64,000 bases of DNA from the NCBI GenBank assembly GCA_031416315.1, contig JANOTL010000188.1, positions 16,107-80,106 of the forward strand, given 5' to 3'. Positions 48,371 through 58,235 of the stretch are shown here, piece by piece (positions within the stretch are counted from its first letter, which is position 1; each line of letters begins with the position of its first letter). Under the pieces are notes generated by a model. That model was not told the origin of the DNA, searched no databases, and saw only the letters and a program-made list of their open reading frames with translations. The stretch is from Pseudomonadota bacterium. GTDB lineage: Bacteria; Bdellovibrionota_B; Oligoflexia; Oligoflexales; CAIYRB01. Made by a program: the position numbers and the translations under genes.

Positions 48371-50906
48371 ATCGAAAACCCCCTTCGGGTGTGAGGTGGA
48401 GAGAGGCGACGAAGGCGCGACCGGAGCGCCCGGTGAATCCGGCCAGGCTCGGCGTGGCGCCGCGCTCCAGGAGCTTCTTCAGCTCTGGCTCGGTGAGGTC
48501 TCGGCCGCAGATCACGCGCGGGATCCAGAAGCCCGTAAGCTTCGCCTGCGCATCGCCGGCGGCCTGGCGAAATTGCTCGAGGCGCTGCTCGCATATGTAG
48601 GCGCCCCGCGTCGCGATGATGGCGCAGGCGGGCCCGTGGACCGGGCAGGGTGCGATGGGGGGAGTTGCCGTCGCGCCGGAGCGGCGCGGCGCCGTGGCTC
48701 CTGACCCCGACTCTTTGCCGCGCCTCGAGGTCTCGGCGCTGCGCCCAGGTCCGCGCGGCGCTTCCGCCTCACCGTCCAGCCGAAGCTCCCCGTCGCGGGC
48801 GACGCGCAACAAGGATCGGAAAGGCTTCCCGGCGCCGTCCCGCAGCCCGTCGAGCTCCGCCGACGCCCCGCCGACGACCAGCTCCGACGCCGTCACCCGG
48901 TCGACGTACCGTCCCGCGAACTCCTTCGCGATCCGGAATTCGCAGCCCGGCCCGCTCTTGCGGTAACTCGCGCAGGCGTAGACCCACGGGCGTTCATAAA
49001 CTAAAAATTGTTTGCAAAGAGGGCAGGGGCCCAGAGGCTCCCGATCCGGATACAGGGCCGCCGGGTCCATGGACCGCGCCGCGTCGACGATCTCTTCCGT
49101 GTAGGCGGCCGTGTCGGCCATGAAGCGCTCGCGCCGCCTTTTCCCGCGCTCGACCTCGGTAAGCTCCAGCTCGAGCTTCGCCGTCAGCTCGGCCGAGGTC
49201 AGGCGCGCCACCGGCAGCTTCCGGAGAACCGTGACGAGCTGGATGCCCTTGGCCGTCGGCCTGAGCCCTTCGTCGATGTACTGCTTCGCCTTGAGATTCT
49301 GGATGATGTCCGCTCGGGTCGCCGCCGTGCCGAGCCCTTCGGCCGACATCAGCGCCTTCGCCAGCTCCTCGTCCTCGACCGATCGCCCTGCGTTTTCCAT
49401 CAGGCTCAAGAGCTGCGCCTCGGCGATGCGCGGCGGCGCCTTCGTCTGCTCGGCGGAGATTTTCGCCTCGCGCACCTTCACCGCGGGAGACTTCAGCGGC
49501 GGCAGCTTCTCGAGCTTCTCGCCGTCATCGACCTCTTTTCCGTGCACCGCCATCCAACCTGGATCGACCAAAGTGTCGACCGGACCGGTGCGGAAGTGAT
49601 GCTCTTTTAGCACCACGGTCTCGCGTTTTACGCGGTCGTACACGGCAGGCGGGTAGAACGTCGCCAAGAAGCGGCGCACGACCACGTCGAAGAGCTTCGC
49701 ATCGTCGCCGTCCAAGTCTTTGATCTTGCCCGTGGGAATGATGGCGAAGTGATCGGAGACGCCGGCGTCGTCGAAGACGCGCTTCTCGTTGCGGCGGCCG
49801 TTTTTCAGCAGAAACGCGGCGTGCGGCGCGTACGGCTCGACGCCGGCCAATAGGTCCACCAGCTTGTCGACCTCGGCTGGGTAGTCCGTCGGCAGGCAGC
49901 TCGAGCTGGTCCTTGGATACGTCAGGACCTTGTGCTGCTCGTAACAGCGCTGGGCCGCTTCCAGCGTCCGCTTCGACGACCACTTGTAGCGCGTCGCCAT
50001 GTTTTTTTGCAGCGCCGTGAGGTTGAAGAGCCACGGCGCCTGGCGTTGGCTCTCCTCGCGCGTCTCGGTCGCGATGCCGGCCTGACCGGTCACGGCGCGG
50101 ACGATCGCCTCGGCGCGCGCGACGTCGAAGATGCGGTCGTCCTTGCCTTCGTCGAGGTCGTCCTGCTTCTTCCACTTCGGATCGTGCCAGACGCCGTCGT
50201 ATTCGTGGCCAACCGCGGCAAAGCGCGCCTTGATCCGCTGAAAAGCGCGAGGCCGGTGCGAAAGTACCGCCAGCTCCCGCTCGACGAGGAGCGCCAAAGT
50301 CGGCGTTTGCACGCGACCGACGGACCACGGCTTCGATTCCCGCTCGGGGCCGCGCAGCTTCACGCTGAAGGCTCGCGTCGCGTTCATGCCGATCAGCCAG
50401 TCGCTCTCAGCGCGGCAGGCGGCGGCGTCGCTCAAGCCTTTGAGATCCGTGCCCGAGCGCAGGATGTCGAAGCCTTTGCGGATCGCCTCCGGGGTCATCG
50501 ACTGGAGCCAAAGGCGTCGAACCGGTTGCGCCGCGCCGAAGAACTCGACGATCTCACGGAAGATCAGCTCCCCCTCGCGCGCGGCGTCGCAGGCATTGAT
50601 GAGGCGGTCGACGTCGGGTCGCTTCAGCAGACGGCCAATGACGTCGAGGCGCTTTTCATGCCCCGACACGGGCTTGTACTGAAACCGTCGCGGGACGATC
50701 GGCAAGGTCTCGAGACGCCAGCTCTTGTAGGCTGGGTCGAGATCCTCCGGCTCCAGGAGCGTGAGGATGTGGCCGACCGCGAACGTGCAGACGTAGGCGT
50801 CGCTCTCCCAGTAGGCGCCGCCCTCCTGCGGACGAAAGCCACCCAAGGCTGCGACTAAATCGCGGGCCACGCTCGGCTTCTCGGTGATGATCAGCGCTCG
50901 GCTCAT
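48342..50906 (-). CDS. topB: DNA topoisomerase III (type IA)
   Basis: ITEKPSVA, DAAREGELIF, GMNATR, SVGRVQTPT, catalytic TYPRT, GLGTAATRA and C-terminal Zn-ribbon-like repeats. Confidence 0.95.
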   Translation of the reverse strand: MSRALIITEKPSVARDLVAALGGFRPQEGGAYWESDAYVCTFAVGHILTLLEPEDLDPAYKSWRLETLPIVPRRFQYKPVSGHEKRLDVIGRLLKRPDVDRLINACDAAREGELIFREIVEFFGAAQPVRRLWLQSMTPEAIRKGFDILRSGTDLKGLSDAAACRAESDWLIGMNATRAFSVKLRGPERESKPWSVGRVQTPTLALLVERELAVLSHRPRAFQRIKARFAAVGHEYDGVWHDPKWKKQDDLDEGKDDRIFDVARAEAIVRAVTGQAGIATETREESQRQAPWLFNLTALQKNMATRYKWSSKRTLEAAQRCYEQHKVLTYPRTSSSCLPTDYPAEVDKLVDLLAGVEPYAPHAAFLLKNGRRNEKRVFDDAGVSDHFAIIPTGKIKDLDGDDAKLFDVVVRRFLATFYPPAVYDRVKRETVVLKEHHFRTGPVDTLVDPGWMAVHGKEVDDGEKLEKLPPLKSPAVKVREAKISAEQTKAPPRIAEAQLLSLMENAGRSVEDEELAKALMSAEGLGTAATRADIIQNLKAKQYIDEGLRPTAKGIQLVTVLRKLPVARLTSAELTAKLELELTEVERGKRRRERFMADTAAYTEEIVDAARSMDPAALYPDREPLGPCPLCKQFLVYERPWVYACASYRKSGPGCEFRIAKEFAGRYVDRVTASELVVGGASAELDGLRDGAGKPFRSLLRVARDGELRLDGEAEAPRGPGRSAETSRRGKESGSGATAPRRSGATATPPIAPCPVHGPACAIIATRGAYICEQRLEQFRQAAGDAQAKLTGFWIPRVICGRDLTEPELKKLLERGATPSLAGFTGRSGRAFVASLHLTPEGGFRFEFSPNARS

Positions 50907-50947
50907 GCCGGCACCTTAACCTCGGACCGAGCGCCGAGCCACGGACA

Positions 50948-51127
50948 TCACGTCGCTGCCGGCGCTTCTGCTTCGGGCTTCGCTTTTGCCTTGAGCTTCT
51001 TTACGACGCCCTTTTCTTCCAGCACTTTCACCTTGTCGGCACCATGGAGCAGACCGCCGCCGCGTTTGCGGACCATGAAGCGACCATTGCGTTTCTTCGT
51101 GACTTTGACCTGAGCAGCCTTCTTCAC
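50948..51127 (-). CDS. Small basic protein (59 aa), not in the ORF track
   Basis: SD AAAGGAG, then GTG, encoding MKKAAQVKVTKKRNGRFMVRKRGGGLLHGADKVKVLEEKGVVKKLKAKAKPEAEAPAAT and ending in TGA. Confidence 0.75.
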   Translation of the reverse strand: MKKAAQVKVTKKRNGRFMVRKRGGGLLHGADKVKVLEEKGVVKKLKAKAKPEAEAPAAT

Positions 51128-51246
51128 CGAGCTTCTCCTTTAGACGTGCGAACTTGCATGAATACCTGGCGCCAAGGTCCGCCGTCAATCTTTCTATCCA
51201 CCCGAATTTCTTGACAAACAAATGGTCCGGGAGGGATGCTCTCTCC

Positions 51247-51975
51247 ATGTCGACGAAAGCCCAGCCGAGCCGTGGCGAAAGCCAGCTCACCAGTCTCATT
51301 TTCAACATCGCCGCCCCGGCGCTCATCCTCTACAAGCTGAGCAGCGAGGATCGCCTGGGCCCGGTCAACGGCCTACTCCTAGGCCTGAGCCTGCCGCTCG
51401 GCTATGGGATCTACGATTTCGTTCGCTCTCGGAAGACCAACTTCATCTCGATCCTCGGCTTCGTCAGCATCCTCCTGACCGGCAGCTTCGGCCTCATGAA
51501 GCTCGACGGCATTTGGTTCGCCGTCAAAGAGGCGGCGATTCCTTTGCTGATGGGCGTCGCGGTCGTCGTGTCGATGTGGACCCGCTATCCCCTCGTCAAG
51601 GCGATCCTTTACAACGACAAGGTCATCGACGTCGCGCGCGTCGACGCCGAGCTCAACAGCCGCGGCAACGCCGGCGCCTTCCAGAAGCTCCTGACTTTGA
51701 CGACCTGGCTCCTCGCCGGCTCGTTCCTCTTGAGCGCCTTCTTGAATTTCTCGCTCGCCATCGCGATCCTGAAGAGCCCCGCGGGCTCCGTCGAGTTCAA
51801 CCAGGAGCTCGCGAAGATGACCGCCTTGAGCTATCCGGTGATCGTGCTCCCGTGCATGGCCGTGACCGGCTTCGCGCTGTGGCGGCTCCTCGCTGGAATC
51901 AAGAAGCTCACGGGCTTGGATCTGGACACGATCTTCAGAGGGCAACAGCAACAGCCGCCGAAGACGAGCACCTGA
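51247..51975 (+). CDS. Integral membrane protein (VC0807-like)
   Basis: FNIAAP, SILG..SILLTG, WFAVKEA.IP, SYPVI; several TM segments. Confidence 0.75.
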   Translation: MSTKAQPSRGESQLTSLIFNIAAPALILYKLSSEDRLGPVNGLLLGLSLPLGYGIYDFVRSRKTNFISILGFVSILLTGSFGLMKLDGIWFAVKEAAIPLLMGVAVVVSMWTRYPLVKAILYNDKVIDVARVDAELNSRGNAGAFQKLLTLTTWLLAGSFLLSAFLNFSLAIAILKSPAGSVEFNQELAKMTALSYPVIVLPCMAVTGFALWRLLAGIKKLTGLDLDTIFRGQQQQPPKTST

Positions 51976-51976
51976 C

Positions 51977-52909
51977 GTGGACTCGCGGCTGATCTTCGCC
52001 ACCGAGCGCTACGGCTACATGCAGGCGGCGATGTGCCGCGAGAAGGGCTTCATTCCCGGAGTCCTGGAGCGCACCCGCTTTCCGGACGGCGAGCGCTATC
52101 TGCGCATCGAGAGCGACGTCAAAGGCAAAGACGTCATCGTCGTCGGCGCCACCAACGACGACGCCGCGACGCTCGAGCTCTTCGACCTCGCGACCGGACT
52201 CACGGCTTGCGGCGCGGCTCGCCTCAGCATGGTGATCCCCTATTTCGGCTATTCGACGCAGGAGCGCGCCGTCAGGAAAGGCGAAGTCGTCACCGCCAAA
52301 GCGCGCGCCGTCCTGCTTTCCTCGGTGCCACGCGCGTACCTATCCAACGAGGTCGTGCTCCTCGACCTGCACACCGCGGGCATCTCGCACTATTTCGAGG
52401 GTCATCTCCACAGCGTCCATCTTTCGGCGCATTCCTTCGTCCTCGACGTCGTGCGCAAGATGGCGAAGAGCTTTCAAGGTGAAACCGTCGTCGCCTGCAC
52501 CGACGCCGGGCGCGCCAAGTGGGTGCAGCAATTGGCCAACGACGCCGGTCTCACCGCCGCCTTCGCTTACAAGGCGCGCCGCGCCGGCAACGTTACGACG
52601 ACCGGCATCAACGCCGACGTCCGCGACAAGCAAGTCATCATCTACGACGACATGATCCGGACCGGCGGCTCCTTGCTCCAGGCTGCGGCGGCCTACAAGC
52701 AGGAAGGCGCCAAGACCCTGACCGCGATCACGACGCACGCCGTGCTTCCTGGCGAGAGCTTGGCGAAGATCAAGGCCTCCGGCCTCTTCTCCTGCCTTTA
52801 CGCGACCGACTCGCTGCCGCAGGCGATCGAGCTCGCGGCGAAGGACCCGAGCTTCGTCAAGGTCCTGCCCGTCGCGAGCGTCTTCACGTCGTTCTTCAAA
52901 GAGGCTTGA
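51977..52909 (+). CDS. prs: Ribose-phosphate pyrophosphokinase family protein
   Basis: RFPDGE, IPYFGYS.QER, DLH, DDMIRTGGSL, THAV. Confidence 0.92.
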   Translation: MDSRLIFATERYGYMQAAMCREKGFIPGVLERTRFPDGERYLRIESDVKGKDVIVVGATNDDAATLELFDLATGLTACGAARLSMVIPYFGYSTQERAVRKGEVVTAKARAVLLSSVPRAYLSNEVVLLDLHTAGISHYFEGHLHSVHLSAHSFVLDVVRKMAKSFQGETVVACTDAGRAKWVQQLANDAGLTAAFAYKARRAGNVTTTGINADVRDKQVIIYDDMIRTGGSLLQAAAAYKQEGAKTLTAITTHAVLPGESLAKIKASGLFSCLYATDSLPQAIELAAKDPSFVKVLPVASVFTSFFKEA

Positions 52910-54761
52910 TCGCCAGATACGCCGGCCAAAGCGCCAGAGCGCGCTCATTCGTCGACGTGTCGATCCAACCGCGAACCACTTTCGCGACTTTTTGCACGCG
53001 CGCGTCGTCCAGCGGCCCGAGGCCGGCGTCCGCCGCGCCGAAGCAGCGCTTCAGGCGCGCCGGTCCGCCGAAGCATCGTGACAGATCCATCACGTCTTCC
53101 TCGTAACGGTGCACCGGATAGAGCTTCTCGGGATCGAGGCCGCCGAGCTTCTTCGCTTCGGTAAAGGCCGCCGTGAGGCCGCCGAGCTCGTCGACCAGGC
53201 CGAGAGTCTTCGCCTGCATGCCCGTATAAACGCGTCCCTGTGCGAGCTCCGCGACCTTCTCGATGGCGATGCCGCGCCCTTCGGCCACGCGTTGCAGGAA
53301 CTGCTGATAAACCTGGTCGATCGCCTTCTCGATCATCGCCTTGTCGGTCGCCGTCGGCTTTTGCGCCAAGCTGAGCATCGCGGCGCGATCGCTTTCGGTG
53401 ATGACGTACATGCTGATGCCATATTTTTCCTTGAACGGGCCGAAATTCGGCAGCATGCCGATGACCCCGATCGAGCCGGTGATCGTCGTCGGCTCGGCGA
53501 AGATGCGTTTCGCCGGCGCGGCGATGTAGTAGCCGCCGGAAGCCGCGAGGCCGCCCATCGAGACCACGAGCGGCTTCACCTTCGCGAGCTCGGCGAGCTC
53601 TTTCCAGATCATCTCGGACGCCGTCGCGGAGCCGCCCGGGCTATTGATGCGCAGGACCACCGCTTTGACGTTCGACTCCTCCATCGCCCAGTGGATGCGC
53701 TTCGTGATTGGCGCCGGGGCAATCGAATCACCGTCGCCGCCGAGCAGGCCGATCTCGCCCGAGGCCTCGATCAAGGCGATGCCGTCGTCGCCGATCGCGC
53801 TCGGAAGGATCTGATCGCTCTCGCCCGCCTCGATCAAATAGTCGGTGAGCTTGACCCGGCCTTTGCTATCCGGTTTGACGACCGGCAAATAGCCGACTTC
53901 GTCGACCAGGCCCTCCTGCGCGGCCTCCGGCGCCGTGAACAAAGAGCGCTTGAACCAGCCGCGCACCTTCTCCGCCGGCTGTTTCCGCGAGGCGGCGATC
54001 ACCTCGATCTTGTGGTCGAGGAGGCTCGCGGCGATAGCGCGATATTCCTCGAGCGTCGGCTCGCTGGGCTCGTCCTTGACGAAGGGCTCGAAGGCCGATT
54101 TGTACTTGCCGGCGCGCACGACCTCGATATCGACGCCGATCTTGCGCAGCGCCTCGCCGAAATACGTGAGATTCAAGGTCGGCCCGAAGATCTCGACGCC
54201 GCTCGCTGGGTTCAGCACGATGCGCGTCGCGGCGGAGGCGAGGTAATAATTGTTCTCGTCGCCGGAATGCAGCATCGCGGTGACCGTCTTGCCACTCGCG
54301 GCAAAGTCGACCAGCGTCCGCCGCAGCTCGGTCAAGCTCGTCATCGAGCCACCTGCGCGCGTCAGGTCAAGCGTCAGGCCCTTGATGCGCTCGTCTTTCG
54401 TTGCGCGCCGCATCGCCGCGCGGAGCTGCGACATGAAAAGGCTGCGGTCGCCGCCGAAGAGGCGGGCGATGATGGTGTCGGAGTAGCCCGGCTCGCCCTC
54501 CTCGATCGGCCCGGCGAGATCCAGCGTCAGCTCGGTGCCGGCGTCGACGGTGATGTCGGCGGCAGCCCTGGCTTTCGAGGATTTTGCCAGCCGCGCCACC
54601 GAGAAAACCAAAAGCAGCGGGAGCACGGTCACGATGATGCCGACGACCATGAAGTAGTTGCGGATCCAGCGCCCCGCGCGACGGAAGAAGCCGCCTCGAT
54701 TCGTCGCCGGCGTCGGCCTGTTCTGTGCTTGCGTTCCACCGTCGACCACGGACACCCCCAA
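52896..54761 (-). CDS. sppA: Signal peptide peptidase SppA (long form)
   Basis: GKYKSAFEPF, RINSPGGS, SMGGLAASGGYY, TGSIGV, QGRVYTG. Confidence 0.95.
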   Translation of the reverse strand: MGVSVVDGGTQAQNRPTPATNRGGFFRRAGRWIRNYFMVVGIIVTVLPLLLVFSVARLAKSSKARAAADITVDAGTELTLDLAGPIEEGEPGYSDTIIARLFGGDRSLFMSQLRAAMRRATKDERIKGLTLDLTRAGGSMTSLTELRRTLVDFAASGKTVTAMLHSGDENNYYLASAATRIVLNPASGVEIFGPTLNLTYFGEALRKIGVDIEVVRAGKYKSAFEPFVKDEPSEPTLEEYRAIAASLLDHKIEVIAASRKQPAEKVRGWFKRSLFTAPEAAQEGLVDEVGYLPVVKPDSKGRVKLTDYLIEAGESDQILPSAIGDDGIALIEASGEIGLLGGDGDSIAPAPITKRIHWAMEESNVKAVVLRINSPGGSATASEMIWKELAELAKVKPLVVSMGGLAASGGYYIAAPAKRIFAEPTTITGSIGVIGMLPNFGPFKEKYGISMYVITESDRAAMLSLAQKPTATDKAMIEKAIDQVYQQFLQRVAEGRGIAIEKVAELAQGRVYTGMQAKTLGLVDELGGLTAAFTEAKKLGGLDPEKLYPVHRYEEDVMDLSRCFGGPARLKRCFGAADAGLGPLDDARVQKVAKVVRGWIDTSTNERALALWPAYLAIKPL

Positions 54762-54789
54762 CCTTGAGAAGATCGGGGGATGATAGGAG

Positions 54790-55347
54790 CTAACCCTTGC
54801 CGAGGTCGAGCGCGAAGCTCGGCGCCGTCATCGTCTCGGTCTTTGGATCAGAGTCCTCGTCGCGCGTGACGGTGTTCTTCCACTGGACCTCGATGTTGAG
54901 CCGGTAGGTCGTCGTCGCCTCGACGGTGAACGGGCTCGGAATCTCGAGCTCCGGATCAACGAGGGTGACGGCCATAGCGTCTTCGATCTTGCCGCCACCG
55001 GTGATCCCCGGCTGAAAGCTGACGCGCGCCGACGTGAAGGTCTTGTCGACCAGCTCCGCTAAGTCCGCCTCATAGATGATCTGCGAGCGGTTGACGATCT
55101 TCAGCGCCGTCGCCTCGGTCGCCTTGTAGACGCTCGTCTCGACGCCGCCAGCCTCGATGAGGACGACGTCGGTGAGTACGTAGTTCTGGAAACGGGGCTC
55201 GGCGTTGCCGTCGGCGTCGACCGGCGCGACGAAAGTCCCTTGCATCGCCACCGTGAGCCTCTCGGTCAGCTCCAAAGCGTCGTCGGAGCAGGCACAAACG
55301 CCTGTACTCACGAACAAAATCGCCAAAATGCCGAGCAAACGCCGCAT
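54790..55347 (-). CDS. Hypothetical lipoprotein
   Basis: SD GGAGG before ATG 55347, signal peptide ending VCAC, beta-rich mature part. Confidence 0.7.
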   Translation of the reverse strand: MRRLLGILAILFVSTGVCACSDDALELTERLTVAMQGTFVAPVDADGNAEPRFQNYVLTDVVLIEAGGVETSVYKATEATALKIVNRSQIIYEADLAELVDKTFTSARVSFQPGITGGGKIEDAMAVTLVDPELEIPSPFTVEATTTYRLNIEVQWKNTVTRDEDSDPKTETMTAPSFALDLGKG

Positions 55348-55455
55348 GCGAGCCTCCAAAACCCCTATCGGCAAAGTCGCGAAATACGTGACGCCGGGCC
55401 CGGTCGAGGTACAATAAGGGACGAAAGATTCACGACTTTTCGCCGAGGTCTCGCG

Positions 55456-55689
55456 ATGCTTCGCTGGCGCTCCTACCCGGTGCTCCTCGCCGGAGTTCTG
55501 GTGCTCGTCCTTGCTTTGAGCCGCTGCGGTAAAGAAGAGAACGATCAAGAAGGTGATCCAAAACCCGCGGGCTCGACGAGCGGCACGGGCTCGCAGACCG
55601 GCGGATCGACCCCTGGCGGCGGCGCGCCGACCGATTGGGACGGCAAGACCGACTGGACCGGCTCGGCTTGGGAGGTCATCGAGGAATGA
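55456..55689 (+). CDS. Small putative lipoprotein (77 aa) with Trp-rich tail
   Basis: MLRWRSYPVLLAGVLVLVLALSRC followed by a G/S/T linker and DWDGKTDWTGSAW. ATGA-coupled to the next gene. Confidence 0.6.
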   Translation: MLRWRSYPVLLAGVLVLVLALSRCGKEENDQEGDPKPAGSTSGTGSQTGGSTPGGGAPTDWDGKTDWTGSAWEVIEE

Positions 55690-57437
55690 AGCTCTCTTAC
55701 CGCCTCGCCTTACTCGGCGGCGCTGCGGCGCTCGCCAGCTACGCGCTCTCCTCTTGCCGCGGAAACGATCAAGGACTCGGTTTCGTCGACCCGCGCCTCG
55801 CGTTACACCTCAGCCTCGGGCCGGTCGCCCCTGTCTCCGCATTACACGGAGCCGGCTCCGGCGCCCTCCCTCTCTGGCGTTCTGGAGAGCTCCAGCTCGG
55901 AGCGTATGGAGTCGATGGCGTGGCGGCGTTACGCAAGACGCTCAATGGGCGCGCTCCGGTTATGGTGAGTTTCGCGCGCGGCTCGCTGCTCGGCGAGCAG
56001 CTGCGCTCCGATCCGCTCACCCTCGCTTATTACCCGGCAACCTCCGAGGAGGCTCCGGGCCACGCGCTCGTCGCCGTGACGGACGAGACCGTGTTGATCG
56101 GGCTCGCCTCAGCAGCCCACACTGCCAACAACCACGCCTGCGGCAACCTCGAGCTCCTGCCTCTGACGACGCTCAAAGAAGTCGGGTCGATCACGCCTCC
56201 GGTCTTCGACGAGGCCGTGAAGCTCGACTCCGTCGCGGCGCTGGTCGCCCTGCCGGACCCGGCTAAGATCGGTGCGAACGTGGCGGCGCTAGAGGCCCTC
56301 GGCACCCGCTATCACACCAGCGACAACGCCATGGCCGCCTCGACCAAGGTCTTTGACATCTTCACCGCCGCCGCCGCCGGCAAGATCCCTGGCATGACGA
56401 TCGACTACGTCGACCATGCCGGCGCCAGCATCGTGACCAAACAAAAATCCGTGGTCGTCACGATCCCAGGTTCCGAGGATCACGAGACGACCGTCATCGT
56501 CGGCGCGCACTTGGACAGCATCAACCGCGACGGCGAGGGCGCGCAGGCGCCCGGGGCCGACGACGACGCGAGCGGTATCGCCACGGTCGCCGAGATCCTG
56601 CGCTCGATCGCCGAGTCCGGGGCGACATTCAAGCGCAAGATCGAGCTGCACGCCTACGCCGCCGAGGAAGTCGGCCTCGTCGGCAGCGGCGACATCGCCG
56701 AGAAGTACGTCCTCGCCGGTCGCAAGATCGCCGCCATGTTCCAGCTCGACATGAACTCGTGGTCGGCGACCGGCACCGAGCGGACGATCTACCTGGTCGA
56801 GAACGACACGAGCCGCGCGCTCCGCCGCGGCCTGAAGGACATCCTCTTCAACTATCTCGGCGGCGACTTCGTCGAGACCAGTCTCGGCGGCGGCACGTCC
56901 GACCACAAGTCATGGCAAAATCAGGGCTATCCTGCGGTCTTCCCGTTCGAGAATCCGAAAAGCTACAACCGCGCGCTCCACACGCTATCTGACACCTCGG
57001 CCACGATCAATAACCTCCCCTTGTCGGCGCGCTTCGCTCAGCTTGGGTTGGCCTTCCTCGCCCACCACGCGGGCATCGTGACGGGTTCCGCCAACTACGA
57101 GGCCGCTCGCGCCGCGCTGAAGACGACCCTATCGACCGATCTCAAGCTCGCGTTCAAGAAGAGCGCCGACGCCAGCGCGACGACCTCCTTCAGCGTCACC
57201 GCCTCGGGCCCGCAGACGATGGCGTTCATCCACCTCTGCAAGATTGCGGCGGCGGGGAGCATGGGCTGCGTTCAGGAGCGCGTGCCGACCGCCGACGACA
57301 AGGTCGACGGAGGCCGAACCTTCCGCGCCGGCGCCGCCGAGCTCGAGCTCGCCGACGGCGATCGCCTCGCCGTGTTCGGCTACGACGCCGAGCAGAAGCT
57401 CATTGCTTACCGTTCCGTGCGTCTGAAAAAGAAGTGA
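55686..57437 (+). CDS. M28 family (leucyl aminopeptidase-like) lipoprotein
   Basis: GAHLDS, GADDDASG, AAEEVGL.GS, QLDM, SDH, LHT; lipobox LSSC. Confidence 0.92.
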   Translation: MKLSYRLALLGGAAALASYALSSCRGNDQGLGFVDPRLALHLSLGPVAPVSALHGAGSGALPLWRSGELQLGAYGVDGVAALRKTLNGRAPVMVSFARGSLLGEQLRSDPLTLAYYPATSEEAPGHALVAVTDETVLIGLASAAHTANNHACGNLELLPLTTLKEVGSITPPVFDEAVKLDSVAALVALPDPAKIGANVAALEALGTRYHTSDNAMAASTKVFDIFTAAAAGKIPGMTIDYVDHAGASIVTKQKSVVVTIPGSEDHETTVIVGAHLDSINRDGEGAQAPGADDDASGIATVAEILRSIAESGATFKRKIELHAYAAEEVGLVGSGDIAEKYVLAGRKIAAMFQLDMNSWSATGTERTIYLVENDTSRALRRGLKDILFNYLGGDFVETSLGGGTSDHKSWQNQGYPAVFPFENPKSYNRALHTLSDTSATINNLPLSARFAQLGLAFLAHHAGIVTGSANYEAARAALKTTLSTDLKLAFKKSADASATTSFSVTASGPQTMAFIHLCKIAAAGSMGCVQERVPTADDKVDGGRTFRAGAAELELADGDRLAVFGYDAEQKLIAYRSVRLKKK

Positions 57438-58158
57438 GCAGGGCGCGCGAGCCGTCGGGCTCCGTCGCCGGGATTAGCTCGATTTCCTGCACGTAGAGGC
57501 GCGCGTCGCGTTGTGACGCGAGCTTCTTCGCGACCTCGGTCTCGGCGAAGGCGCCCGTCTCGAGCACCACGACCGCTTCGCCCGTGGCATCAACGAGCGG
57601 GGCGCCGGAGCGGCCCAGGAAGTCGCGCAAGGCGGCGCCGGTGATGTGCGGCTTGGCGGCGACGGCAAGCTTGCCCGCGCGCCGCGCCGTCGCGGACGGG
57701 AACGCGTCCGTTCCGAGGAGGGCGAGCGACTCGCCGTCGATCTGCCAGGCAGCGGCATCCAGAGGCAGGCGGGCGCGGAAGTTACCGCCCTTGCTCAGCA
57801 CGACGGCAACGAAATGCGCACTTTCTGGGGTGAACACCGGGGCGTCGAGCCAGAGCTCGACGACCGCGTTCTTTAGGGTCGCGACGGGATAAGGCGTCGT
57901 GCGCACGAATTGGAAGATGCGCTCGCGCAAGAGGCTTTTTAGCTCGCTCTTCTTGTAGGCGTGGGTCCTACCGGAGACCGTGACCTCGAGCTTGTCCCCG
58001 GACTGGCACGCGCGCACGCGCGGCTCGAGGTCGAGGCAGGCGCCGTTCGCGGTCTGCACGACCTGGCCGTCGCCCTGCCATTTCAGGAACGGCAGCGAAG
58101 CGCAGCTCGCAGCCGCGACCCCCGCGACGAGACCCACGAAAAGACTCGCGATTCGCAT
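57400..58158 (-). CDS. Hypothetical lipoprotein
   Basis: Signal peptide ending AASC; it follows deoC on the same strand. Confidence 0.6.
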   Translation of the reverse strand: MRIASLFVGLVAGVAAASCASLPFLKWQGDGQVVQTANGACLDLEPRVRACQSGDKLEVTVSGRTHAYKKSELKSLLRERIFQFVRTTPYPVATLKNAVVELWLDAPVFTPESAHFVAVVLSKGGNFRARLPLDAAAWQIDGESLALLGTDAFPSATARRAGKLAVAAKPHITGAALRDFLGRSGAPLVDATGEAVVVLETGAFAETEVAKKLASQRDARLYVQEIELIPATEPDGSRALLTSFSDARNGKQ

Positions 58159-58235
58159 CAACATGGACGAGATTCCAAATCGGAGCTGGCATCAGCGCCA
58201 AGTCCTGTTTGGGTATCGGCAGACTCGGCGCGAAG

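Noticed and set aside
50916..51326. 136-aa minus-strand ORF in the track
   Set aside because: It overlaps the divergent membrane-protein gene and lacks coding features; the 59-aa ORF in another frame has a strong SD.
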